A stretch of DNA of 64,000 bases, from positions 55,306,001-55,370,000 of the forward strand of contig NC_045707.1 of NCBI RefSeq assembly GCF_009834535.1, in the 5' to 3' direction. Positions 41,880-53,050 of this stretch are shown piece by piece. Within the stretch, counting starts at the first letter, position 1; each line of letters begins with the position of its first letter. Position numbers and translations under genes: made by a program. The DNA is from Camelus ferus (lineage: Eukaryota). The notes under the pieces were generated by a model, which saw only the letters and a program-made list of their open reading frames with translations, had not been told where the DNA came from and made no database searches.

Positions 41880-42420
41880 ATAGCTTATATCCATTTTTAA
41901 AATTTGCTTCCTTATAATAGTAAAAGATATCTTCCAGTAGCCTCTTAAGAATGGATTCATACATAGTAAATTGTTGATAATATGATGTTTTAAAATGTCT
42001 CTTTCATCCTTACACTTGGCAAAGTGTAAAACTAAATAGAAACCATTTTCCCTCAGAATTCTGCAGGTGTAATTCTATTGTCTGCCAGCTTTCACCTTTG
42101 CTGATGACTGATGCCGTTCTGATTTTTTGACATTTTGTTTATGGTCTTTGACTTTTCCTTAAATAAAGGATTTTGTATTTCCCATCTTTATACTTCTTGA
42201 TCCGAGTTCCCATGGTGAATGCCTTGGTGTGGATCTGGTGTTTACATATGTCTGTGTGTGTTCACACACATGTGGTTCTTTTTAACGTGGAGATGTATGT
42301 TGTCTAGTTGTGGGAATATTTTTTTCTACCTTTGATAATTTCCTTCCCTCCATATTTTTCAGCTCTTATTAAATACTTCTAATATTCATATATCAAAACT
42401 GCTAAACAATACTCTATATT
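41880..42420 (-). mobile_element. Old L1 ORF1/HAL1-like relic
   Basis: ccattttccctcagaattctgcaggtgtaattctattgtctgccagct...ctgatgccgttctgatt is typical of antisense ORF1. Confidence 0.6.
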
Positions 42421-42445
42421 TCTTTTTACTAATACATTTAAAAAT

Positions 42446-43430
42446 CAGGTTTATTATGATAGAATTCACATACAGTAAAGTTCACCCTTTTTATGTGCAC
42501 AGATCTATGAATTTTAACAAATATATAAAGCTGTGATATCATCACTACAATCAGAATATAGGCTAATACTATCACCTCCAAAAGTTCTCTTATACCCCTT
42601 TGTAATCAACTGTCACTTCCCACACTAGACCCTGGCAACCATTAATCTATTTTCTGTCTCTATAGACATACCTACTGTGGACATTTTATATAAATGGAAT
42701 CATAGAGTACATGGCCTTTTATGTGTAGCTTCTCTTACTTAGAATAATGCTTTTTAAATTCATCAGTATTATTACGTAGTTGATATCTGTGTTTCCTGAG
42801 TGGAATTTACTTCTATAGGTATACCACAGTGTGCTATTCGTTCACCAGTTGGTGGACATTTCAATTGTTTCCAGTTTGGGGAAATTATGAACAAAGCTGC
42901 TATAACATTCTTATAACATTCTTATACAGGCTATCTGTGGACATGTTTTCCTATCTCTTGATTAAATTACTAGGAGTGGAGTTGCTGATCATACAACAGG
43001 TTTATGTTTAACTTTGAAAGGAACTGCTAAATGATTTCCCAAAGTGCAGCTGTACAGTTTGTATCCTCAACATCAGTGTATGAGAGTCCTTCCTGTTTAG
43101 TACACATTTGTCAGCATTTAATACTTCTGATCTTTTCTTACTTTTTATTTTATTTTCAATTTATGTCAGTTTGATTTTATTTTTAGCCATCTGTAGTAGT
43201 TTCACATTGTAGTTTTAATTTTCATTTATCTGATGATTAAAGATATTGCATTTCCTTCCATTATTTCTGTGTGCTTATTTACTACTCTTCTATCTTCTTT
43301 GGTGAGCTTTCTGTTCAAAGCTTTTTTGCCCCTTTAAAATTGAATTGTTTATTTTCTTATTATTGAGTTTTGAGTTTTCTTTATATTGTGGAATTGAGAT
43401 CTTTACCCTATATTGATTTTGCAAAATTTC
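42446..43430 (-). mobile_element. Old L1 3' region (L1MB/L1ME-like)
   Basis: aattcacatacagtaaagttcaccc, ccctggcaaccattaatcta, tataaatggaatcata, ggtggacatttcaattgtttccagtttgggg and ctaggagtggagttgctg are conserved antisense L1 3'UTR/ORF2 blocks. Confidence 0.9.
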
Positions 43431-43443
43431 CTCTGTGCCCTGC

Positions 43444-43705
43444 TGTGATACTGTGATTTATAGAAGAAATATATATTTCATCTTTATTTCCATTTCTGGG
43501 GCTAAGCTCCTAAAATTCTTGGAATTTCCTAAGTGATGAGAGCAACAAAGGTGTCTTTTGTTATGTTAATAAGGTGACTTTTGGACCCCACCCAAGGATA
43601 GGGGCTGGTTGCCAGGGGAACTAACCCTGTGATTACAGGGTAGGAACTTTAAGTCCTACTCTTCTGACCTCCAGGCAGGGCACAGAGGCTGAATTTAATC
43701 AGTCA
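43444..43705 (+). mobile_element. LTR 5' part (MER21-like)
   Basis: tgtgatactgtgatttatagaagaaatatatattt...gctcctaaaattcttggaatttcctaagtga...ggataggggctggttgccagggga. Confidence 0.8.
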
Positions 43706-43714
43706 TCTACTTCT

Positions 43715-43860
43715 TAATGACTATTTGGACATTAGTAAAAATGATTAAGTTTTCTTTTTAACTCTGTAAAATAGGAATATTAAAAGCTATCTCTCAAGGT
43801 AGGTGTAAAGTTTAAAGAAAAATAAAGTGTGTGTATAATATCTTGCACAGTGCTTGGCAG
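43715..43860 (+). mobile_element. MIR SINE 3' half
   Basis: ctctgtaaaataggaatattaaaagctatctctcaagg...cttgcacagtgcttggca. Confidence 0.65.
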
Positions 43861-44072
43861 TTTAAAATTATACTATCTTTGATTGTTGTTTTTATGTTTG
43901 TTTTTGTCACTATTGTTACTATTATTGAGGTCTCCCAAAATTTAGGTTCTTTCTTGCAAGAGCTTTTCAATATGGAGTCTTATTTTATTATTCCAATTTT
44001 ATAACAGAAATGAAAAATAAAAACAAAGATTTTCTTAACGCATTCCAAATGAATAGTAACTAGCCCTCATAG

Positions 44073-44567
44073 TGTAATAGAGAGGAACAAATCTGACTCC
44101 ATATTAGATCTGTTCCTATTACTTTAACCTTTGTTCTCTATTGCTTTTGCTACGAGTTAAGAATGTTGCCTATAGCCAGAAATATACAGGATAGCCCATT
44201 CTCAGGGCTCTGACCTTTAAAGGTGTAACACTTTTCCATTCACATAGAGATAAAAAGTTGCAGAACAGAGACTAAATTTGTCTTGTTGGAGGTTTACCGG
44301 AACAACACGACCTGACCTATGTGGAAGAGCTGCAAGAACAAAGGATTCCAACATTAAGAAGTTTGCAGCAACTAACCACACCCCCGCCCCTTTTAGCATA
44401 AAAGAACCTGAATTCTGACTTGAGTAAGACAGTTCTCTAGGACATTACTTCCCTATCTTTACTGTCTGCTGGCTTTCTGAGTAGTCATTGTTCCTTGCCC
44501 CAACACCTTGTCTCCAGATTTGTTGGCCTGTCATGCAGCAAGGAGAATGAGTTTGGACTCGGTAACA
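44073..44567 (+). mobile_element. ERV1-class solo LTR (495 bp)
   Basis: TGTAA...TAACA termini; 4-bp TSD atag/atgg; GC box followed by TATA-like cataaaa at 44397; 3' end ttccttgccccaac...gagtttggactcggtaaca typical of laurasiatherian ERV1 LTRs. Confidence 0.85.
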
Positions 44568-44606
44568 ATGGAGCATGTATTATGGGCCAGCTGCTATTCT
44601 AAGTGC

Positions 44607-45088
44607 TGAAAGGTGGCAGAATGTGCCCCCCAAAATATGCCACTTTGCCATAAGAATTATTTTGCATCAGGGACACTTAAGAAAGAAGCAGATGCAAGAA
44701 GGGCACTCTGATCTTCCCTTTTCTTCCTGAAAACAGGAAGATATAAACACCCATGTCAAAGATGGTCTGCATCAGGAGAAAAAAACAAACCAAAACAAAA
44801 AAACTTCTTCGCTGGGAAGTCAAAGCCAAGAGAATTCTATCTAAACAGACCTTATTAAAATAACTTACTTTCCTTTAGCCTCCCCATTTATTTTAGTCAC
44901 TTTCCCACAATTGCCTCTCTTTGTTCAAGCTAGTATAAAAACGTTTAGGTTTTGCCACTTGTTTGGGTCTTCATTTCTTTACGAGCGCTTTTATGTCAGC
45001 TAACACATATAAATGTGACAGCTTTACTTCTGTTAATCTCTCTTCTGTCAGTTTAATTCTCAGGCTCATTTGAAAGAACAAGTTTTGG
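44607..45088 (+). mobile_element. ERV1 solo LTR (MER34-like)
   Basis: tgaaaggtggcagaatgtgccccccaaaatatgccactttgccataagaattatttt matches the MER34-group 5' signature. Also tataaaa at 44935 and the 3' block ttctgttaatctctcttctgtcagtttaattctcagg. Confidence 0.85.
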
Positions 45089-45262
45089 TTTATTTAAATC
45101 TGATACTGTGGAGGTAAGTACTATGTTTGTCATGTTCCCAATTTTTCTCAGGAAGAAAGAGACTTAAGGATTTGAAATAACTGTCTCAGTGACACAGGAA
45201 GTAGCAGGGCTTGGTTTTGAACCCAGGAAGACTAGGTCCAGAATCTGTGCAGTAAGCATTCT
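45089..45262 (-). mobile_element. MIR SINE, main piece (other pieces at 44050-44072 and 44568-44606)
   Basis: tgtggaggtaagtactat...cccaattttt...aggaagaaagagacttaagga...ggttttgaacccagg...tccagaatctgtgc. Confidence 0.7.
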
Positions 45263-47271
45263 GTTATATTGCCAAGCCCAAGAATTTTGAGCGGAAGGAG
45301 GAAAGTGGAGACATGCAATAAAACTCTTTAATCAGTTGAAGAAACGATCCAACATGATGGCTTAACTTTGTATCCAGAGAAATGATCTTTGGCTCCCCTT
45401 TTCCAGACTTAAGCTCCAATGGAAAGATGTTTGGAACTCTTTCTTTCTCTTTGAACATTCATAGGTATTTTCCCCTTGGAATCAGGTACTCTCCTAGTAA
45501 CAAATTCATTTTAAGGTAAAGTAGTTGAGACATAATAATCAAATTCTCTAGAGAGGTTCTCTGGTTTGGGTACTGATATGGTCGAAACTTTTTCCATGCT
45601 TTGTTATGTTCACAGGGCTGCCTCAGTCTCCAGGGAATGCACATACCATCCGTCCTCTAAATGGTATTTCAACATGTGTTTTCTGTGTCTGCTTTAAGAT
45701 CCTAAAACGCAAATTGCTATAATAGGAGGATTTTTGTCTATTAAATAGCATTAACATGATATCTCTTTGGACTTGTTTAATAATAACATCTCAATACGGT
45801 GGAAATGTGAAAATGCAATTTAAGATTATTCCAAAATCATTTTCCTTTAACCAAAAAATACTAATCTGAAATAGAAAAGGGATGGTTTACATCATTGAAC
45901 CCCAAATTCTATGTAGTAATTTTAATGCCACATGCCATCAATAAATACCATTTTCAAAAGGAAATCTGCTTCAAATTGCTGTCAAATTTAATTAGAATAT
46001 CTCACAAAATAATCTTTAATAAATGTATAAAGATCATTATGAATCATGAATTTTTCTCTGAATAGTAAGTAGAATGTTATCTTTTTAAAATTTAAAACTG
46101 AAGTATAACTATCCCTTTGTAATCCATCAAGATATGAAATCTACCTAAAGGAAATCATCTTCTTTCTATGCTAAGTTTATTTCTATCTAAGCAAAGTCAG
46201 TCTCCAAGGAAAAAAAGTTTAAAATTTAATTAAAGGACAAATTCTAGGTGATTAAATGCGTAAGCATCTTGAATTAGAGACTTTCCTACTGCAGAATATG
46301 TTTCACAGGATCAGTTACTTTTTTGAACACTGGGGTGATTTTAAATTCACTTTCATGAAGGATGAGGTCGTAGGAACTGGCTTTCGTTTTGCTTTCATGA
46401 CCTCAAATAACAGTGCAGAATGCTTAAAAGGAAAAATGTCAGGGTTTTTCAAGAAAGCTTTTCCAAAATACTGATTGAATTATACTTGAGGATCTGGTAG
46501 AATGATCACTGCTTACTAATCTGTAAGAGAGGAGTAGTTTGTACAGCTATTTCTAGCAAAGTCTATTATTTTCACTTAAGTATCTGTTCCTTGACAAAGG
46601 TGAAAATGGCAAATTTTGTAGGAGATAAACAAGATAACAGACTATGAAGTAATGATATTCAATACAACCTTATTTTTAAATGTAAGGCAGACTATAAAAA
46701 GGCAATAGAAATAGTTTTTTGAAAGAGACAGCGGTTTCTTTGTAAATACACTTCAAATATTTATTTGAAGTTAGTTCTTCAATGATTTTTGTTTTTATTT
46801 GAAACTCTCAAACTTCTTTCCATCTGTCTCTACATTTTTTCACTAATTTCCAAGTTTTATTTTTTTCTCATTTGCTTTTTTTGTACCTGGTCAACATTTA
46901 ACAAGAATTTCCCCTTAAACATGAATTTTAATGGACTTTAGACCTAGTTGAAAAATCTTTTTATCAAAAAAATCAGACTAATTCAAATTCCCTGAATATA
47001 TATACTCTTCATTATTCCTGAAAACTTCCTTTTAGAATATATTTTCAATGGTCAAAGTGGTGCAATTTAGTGGAATCAGCAATTCACAGGTTTTTAAATT
47101 AAACTGTTACAGTCTAATTTTGTGATTTAGTCTCAGGTTTTAAATGAGAATTAGAATAAAAAGTATAGGTGACCCAATGAAATCTTAACTATGGTGCCAA
47201 ATATTACGCAGTTACCACGAGTGTTTCTTGGAATTGTTTCCTTTGATATTCACTTGAAACTACTTTTTAAA

Positions 47272-47418
47272 GGAAATCTTTTTTTAACCTTTTTTTTGGG
47301 GGGGAGGGCAGTAATTAGGTTTGTTTAGTTATTTTTAGAGAAGGTCCTGGGGATTGAACCCAGGACCTTGTGCCTGCTAAGCATGCGCTCTACCACTTGA
47401 GCTGTACCCTCCCCACCA
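47272..47418 (-). mobile_element. tRNA-derived SINE (Vic-1-like, camelid)
   Basis: Near-identical core to 5914-6044 (ctggggattgaacccaggaccttgtgc.tgctaagcatg). A and B boxes on the minus strand. 15-bp TSD aaactactttttaaa at 47257-47271 and 47419-47433. Confidence 0.92.
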
Positions 47419-47579
47419 AAACTACTTTTTAAATGTATAAATAGTTTAATAAAACAGTCTTCTTAAAATTTGTAAAAACATTATATAGAATGCTGAACTT
47501 TTTAATTATCATGCCCTATCACAGTCCACCTCTGTCTCCTCCTGATAATAGCAGTAGCTTCATTTCAGTGTACACACAT

Positions 47580-48695
47580 TGAGATGTATCAGTGCATTTA
47601 TATGCATTCACATGTACACCTAAATAATATAAAACATTTTTACAGGTTTTCCCATTCATATCATTGAATCTTAATAAAATTTGATTTTTACTTTTATGCA
47701 GAAGTATATTTTGGAGTGCTTGCTATTTAAATACGTATTCTTCTGAATGCCATAATAAGGATTTATCTGCTGGTGGTCATCTAAATTTTTTACCTATCTT
47801 CTGGTTTATATTTGCATATTTTTCTCTGTTACACATACAAAATGGAAGTGGCTGCTTGTAGTACTTGTGCAGTTTCCAATTTAATAGAAAATGCCCAACT
47901 GTTAAGAAAGTGGATGTCTGTGTTTCACTCATGAACATTCCTGTTGTTTCCCATCCTTGTCAACCTTTGATATTATCAACTGGATTTTTTCCTCAATTTG
48001 TTGTAACTTGTCACTTTGATGAAATTTTATTTGTATCTTATTACACATGAGGTTGAATACCTTTACCTGTGTTTATTGGTTATTATAAATGTTTTCTTTT
48101 GCAAAGTGTCTTAGTATGCATTGCCCCCATTTTTTATTTACCTGTTTTTTAAATTACAAAATGATAAGAATTCTGTATATATTTAGGATATGAATTTTTT
48201 GCTCATAATATATAATACAGATACCATTGCTTGCACTACAGCTTTTTTTTTTTTACCCTACTATATCTTAGGATGAAAAGAATTTATTAATTTTGATGTT
48301 ATATAATTTATCAACAGTTTCCTTTATGTTCAATTCTTTTTGTTTTCATTTAAGAAGCTTCTTAATTCAGGCAGTTAAAATATTTTCCTGGTATTTTCTA
48401 AAATCTTTGTTGTTTTTCCTTTCCTTTTAAGGTAAGGCTTGTAATCTTTCTAAATTTAGTTTCGAGATTTAAGGGTCCAGTTTTATTTTTTCCATACTGA
48501 CAGCCTTTATGCAGTGTCAATTTTCAATTTTCAGTATATTTATTTTATTTTTCCTCCCATCCCAATAAGTATCCATAGGTGTTAGTTTCTTGTATATTCT
48601 TTCATATATAATTCTAATACATATAAAGGCAAATAGAAATACAGATTTTTTCCTTCAGCTACTTTTACATAAAACCTATCATTCTATACCTATAC
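47580..48695 (-). mobile_element. Old L1M relics
   Basis: T-rich antisense ORF2-like blocks (cctgttgtttcccatccttgtcaac; tgaggttgaatacc; tttattaattttgatg). Confidence 0.65.
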
Positions 48696-49242
48696 TGAGG
48701 TGGGAAGCCCCATAAAAAGACCAGCAGGACCCCCAGGCAGGGCCACTACTCTCCTACCAGCACCATCTGGTTCCCTGGCCCAGAGGCTCTATCTCACTTT
48801 TTGCCTCTGAAAAGGCTTACTTACCCCTAAAATTCTATTGGTTCCCTGAGCTCAGTCCTGATTGGTTATTTCCCTCACTCCTGATCGGTTATTCCCCTCA
48901 CTCCTGATCGGTTATTTCCCTCACTCCTGATTGGTCCATTTCCCTCATTCCTGATTGGTTATTTCTCTCCCTCCTGATTGGTCTATTTCTACAACGCTTG
49001 TTTCTAATTAGTCAACTTTTGTTATACCTTATTCGCATATGATGTTGCAAAGTGTAAACTGGCAGCCTATAAAAGCCTCTGTAAACCTACAGACGGGGTC
49101 CAGAGCTTGGAGTGTTAACTCCTCTGGACCCGCAGGTGTAATAAACCTGAGTTCTCCAACTCTCTGAAGTGCTGCTTGGTCTCTTGCCGGGATCCTGAGC
49201 TGTAACACCGAGCACTGAGCTGTAACACATTCTTCCACAACA
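48696..49242 (+). mobile_element. ERV1-class solo LTR (547 bp) with tandem CCAAT array
   Basis: TG...CA termini; 4-bp TSD atac/atat that restores the host L1 sequence (ctatac|tgttc); TATAAAA at 49068-49074; AATAAA at 49140-49145; retained CpGs. Confidence 0.9.
48855..48993 (+). repeat. Six tandem 23-24 bp units (consensus ctcctgattggttatttccctca) in LTR U3
   Basis: Units start at 48855, 48878, 48901, 48924, 48948 and 48971. Four contain ATTGG (inverted CCAAT) and two contain ATCGG. Confidence 0.95.
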
Positions 49243-49639
49243 ATATTGTTCCTCACCCTTTTTTCTTGTCTAATAATATATCTCGAAGGTCTTCCAAATT
49301 AGTAGAAAAGAGTGTGTTTATTATTTTTAATAACTATATTATTCTGCTATATCAGCATAATTAATGGAAAATTCTGTTTATTTTGCACCACTTTGCAGTC
49401 TCTGTCATGTCATATGTTGACAAATGTATGGGACTATTTCCTTCTTCACTGTGTGTTAAATTGGTTTATTTTTAATCTCGGTACTAATGTCCCATTCTCT
49501 TAATTACTGTATTTTAAAACAAATCTTAGTATGTAAAAGAATAAGGACCTTTTAGTATTTAAATAGTTGTTTAATATCTAAACCGTATGTAATTATGAAC
49601 ACTTTTTCACTCCTAATATTTATTTTTAATTTTTATTCT

Positions 49640-50720
49640 TAATTAAATATGACAGAACAATGGAAAATTGATAATCTTTAAGGAAGCAATTTTTGTTTTC
49701 TATTTATCCCTCTATTTTTTTGTATTTTTTATTTCATTGATTTCTGCGGTTAGATTCTTATTTCTTCCCACCTACGTTGTTTATTTTGTGCTTGCTTTCA
49801 AACGTTTTAAGGTAGGCAATTTGCTTGTTACTTTTCAGCCTTATTTTCTTCAGTGTTAATTTTAAAGCTAGACTTTTCTTTCTAAACACAGTTTTAGGTG
49901 CAACCCACGATATGATATGTAGCATTTTCATTGAAATTCCATTAGGAGTTCTTCTTTGACCCATGGATGATTTAGATACATAAATTTTGAAATATTTAGT
50001 GATGATCATAGTTACATTTTATTGTATACTTCTAACTTAATTGCATTGTGGTTTGTAAACATACATACACTTTCACAGTCCTTTGAAATTTGTTGAAACA
50101 TATTTATAGCCTAGCAAATGGTCAGTTTTTATAAATGTGTTTTGTATGTGCTTGGAAAAAATGGCATTATGCAGTTGTTGGGGATAGGATTCTAACTATG
50201 TTCCTTAGGTCTTTTTTAATCAAGTTTACCCAACTTTCTATATTTTCTTAAAATTTCTTTTCTGCTATTAAGAAGTTTTTTTCATCTGTTACTGAGCAAC
50301 ATTACCACTTGATTTTGGATTTGGCTATATCTTGTTATATTGCTCTAAGTTTTTGGGTTTTTTAGAGACTATGTTATTAGATGCATGCAAATTTAAATTT
50401 GGTATATCTTTATGGAAATTTAAACATTTAATCATTCTAACATTTTCCTCTTTAGCTCCATTTTTTAATTTTATTTAACTTCTAAATGGTCTCTAAAAAA
50501 TCTCCAAAAAGTTGTATCCATCTTTTAACTTTGTATTTTCCATATTTTCAGACTTTCTGTGCCCTTTGTTTTAGATATGCCTTTTTAAAATAGCATATAA
50601 TTGGTTTTTAGCTGAGTCTGACAAATCTTTTTCTTAATAGCAAAGCATTTAGGCTGTTCACATTTAATCACATTTAGGCTGCCATATTTGGATTTAAGTC
50701 TACCATCTTATTGTCTATTT
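49640..50720 (-). mobile_element. Old L1 ORF2 relic (endonuclease and linker)
   Basis: ORF 49758-50009 contains WVAPKTVFRKKSLAL, resembling L1 WDAAKAVLRGKFIAL. Antisense blocks aattgcattgtgg and agcatataattgg...tctgacaaatc. Confidence 0.8.
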
Positions 50721-50762
50721 TTAATTGGTTCTTCTTGGACACATTTTTTTACACATTTTTTA

Positions 50763-50797
50763 CTATATACACACACACATATATATATATATGTATA
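50763..50797. repeat. Compound (CA)n(TA)n microsatellite
   Basis: Read directly. Confidence 0.85.
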
Positions 50798-51922
50798 TTT
50801 TAACCTTTCATTGAATTAGTGTACTAATTTTTATCAATATGATTTTCCTGATATCTGTCTGTTGACCTAAATACATAGCAAATATTTTTTAAGGACTCAA
50901 AATTGTAAATAGAAGTTAACCAGGGGAAGTAGGACTGGGTTGAAAGGTAAAAAAGAGCTTCAAAATTTGTTCTTTATATTGGTTTGACTTGATTTTTTTA
51001 AATGGGCATATATTTTATACTGACTTAACTGACATAACTGTAGTAGTTCTGCTAAAAGATAATTCCAAAAATGCATGCAAAAACAAATAGAAATTATTTT
51101 TGCCTTGAATACTTCAGACTATCAGTTCAGCTTTTCCCCATTATCCACTTACTCTCATGCCTAATAAATAGCATAAATGTGACTTACATAGCAAAAACAT
51201 CCACAGGAAGGTCATGTAGATTTTATAGTGTGTTTCTTAGCATGGCACTGACTGTTTTCTATGCACAGTGACTTCCTTGGGTTCTGGTGTAGGGTCTTTC
51301 AGAACTGCTCTGGCCTTTGCATGACCCCTTGTTTTCAGTAAGTGATGCACTCTTAATAAATGTGATACGGGAAGAAAGGCTAGAGTAATGAAAAGATCAC
51401 AAAAGAAGTTTTTGTTGTTGTTGTTTTGTTGGGGTTTTGGGGGTTTTGTTTTGAGTTTTGTCAAGAGTTGATACAACTGTAGGCTTCATCTGCAAATAAA
51501 AGCAGTGAACTAGAGTTGAATGATTTTGGGGCCCTACCAGTCATAAGTACATAACAATGGAAATATTTTGAAATCAGGCAGTGCAGTCGTGCTTTCAAAT
51601 TCTGCTCTTTCCTGGCTATATGATTTTGACACAGTTACCAAATTTCTCTGTAAGGTGTTTGTCTTTAATAAAACTTGAGTTATTCTGAGTAAATTCCCAG
51701 TAAAGCACTGAGCAATTTCCAGTAAAGCACGTGGGAAAAACCTAAGTTCTATCCTATAGCAGATAATCAATTATTATTTATTTTCATCTTTCTAGCAGAT
51801 AGTAGGCAGGTGATAATTATTAGTTTTACTTCTTACTGACATCCTAGAATTGTATTATTAGGAAGTTCCAAATTAGTGGTATGGAACGACAGTGTAATAT
51901 TTCTGAAGTCTACAGGTGCTCC

Positions 51923-52331
51923 TGTGTGGTTGGCCCACTGGAGGTGGCTGTTCTCTGGCTCTCTGCACATCCTCTGCTCAACCAGTGCTTGCCTCACCTG
52001 TATCCTTCTCCCACAACTGACTTTCCTACATAGTTACCCCAGGCCCCAGCTAGTGATTGCTCTTACCAAAGGGGCAGTGAGGGGCATGCCCCCCTGCTGG
52101 TTTCCTTGTGAGCCAACCTGATGTCACTTCTCCTAGTAACTGCTAACCTTCCCCTGCTCCCAGGAGTGAAGCCGCCACATCCTGCTTAGCGTCTGCTGAA
52201 CACAGAGGATTGTTGGTGCAGGACCTCACTTCAGACATGTAAGCTCCCTTCATCCATTAAATCATTAATGTCTCTGTCACTGACTCTGGGCTCTTTCTTA
52301 GGTCTTGAAGACTGAGAGGTATAGCCCAACA
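51923..52331 (+). mobile_element. ERVL-class solo LTR (MER74/MER73-like)
   Basis: TG...CA termini; perfect 5-bp TSD gctcc (51918-51922 and 52332-52336); 3' block tgtaagctccc...attaaa...tgtctctgtcactgactctgggctctttctt...cccaaca. Confidence 0.85.
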
Positions 52332-52929
52332 GCTCCCTTCCCCCACATTAATAAAATGTGAAATATTATATAAAACATCTTTCAACAAAAGATGTGAATC
52401 CTTAAACATCATTGACTCTACACTGAGAACTTTAAAAAGTTTACACATTTAAACAGTGATATAATCTTATTAACAGTACATAAACAGTATATTGGCAAAG
52501 GCAATGTAAAGAATCAGAAAAAACACAACCGAGCAGAAAATGTAATATAAAATTATTTGAGTCTAAAAAAACTTACTACTACTGTAACAGCTATTTTGCC
52601 AATGTCATTTCTTATTTTGCATTACTGTGTCACAACTGTAATAAATTTTACTGCAAAGTGGTCAATATTAGGTCTGAAGGTCAGTTTGGTAATTGGAAGT
52701 GAGATTCTCCCAAAGTGATGGCAATTGGAAAGCACAACATCTTACTTTCATGAATGCAGTGATTGAGTTCTTTGACCTCTAGTTGGTTAAGCATGATATA
52801 CAGAAGAACATTTCACTTCTGATATATGCATGGGAACGCCTGACAAGAATTAAAGGCAGAGTGCATATTTAAAATTCTGGCATTCCTCATTCTGCTTGAA
52901 TAACTGCTAAAGTTCCTTTGAAGTACCTT

Positions 52930-53050
52930 AGAGAGAGAAAGAAAAAAAGAGAAGGAAGGAAAAGAAAAATGAAAGAAACATTGGAATGAAAGAGAGGAAA
53001 AGGAAAGAAGGAAGGAAAGGAAAAAGGAGGGAAGAAAGGATGGAAAAAAG
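52930..53050. repeat. Purine-rich (GAAA/GGAA) low-complexity tract
   Basis: Read directly. Confidence 0.85.

Noticed and set aside
48855..48993. CRISPR-like or iteron array
   Set aside because: Units are directly adjacent without unique spacers, lie inside a retroviral LTR, and the DNA is mammalian.
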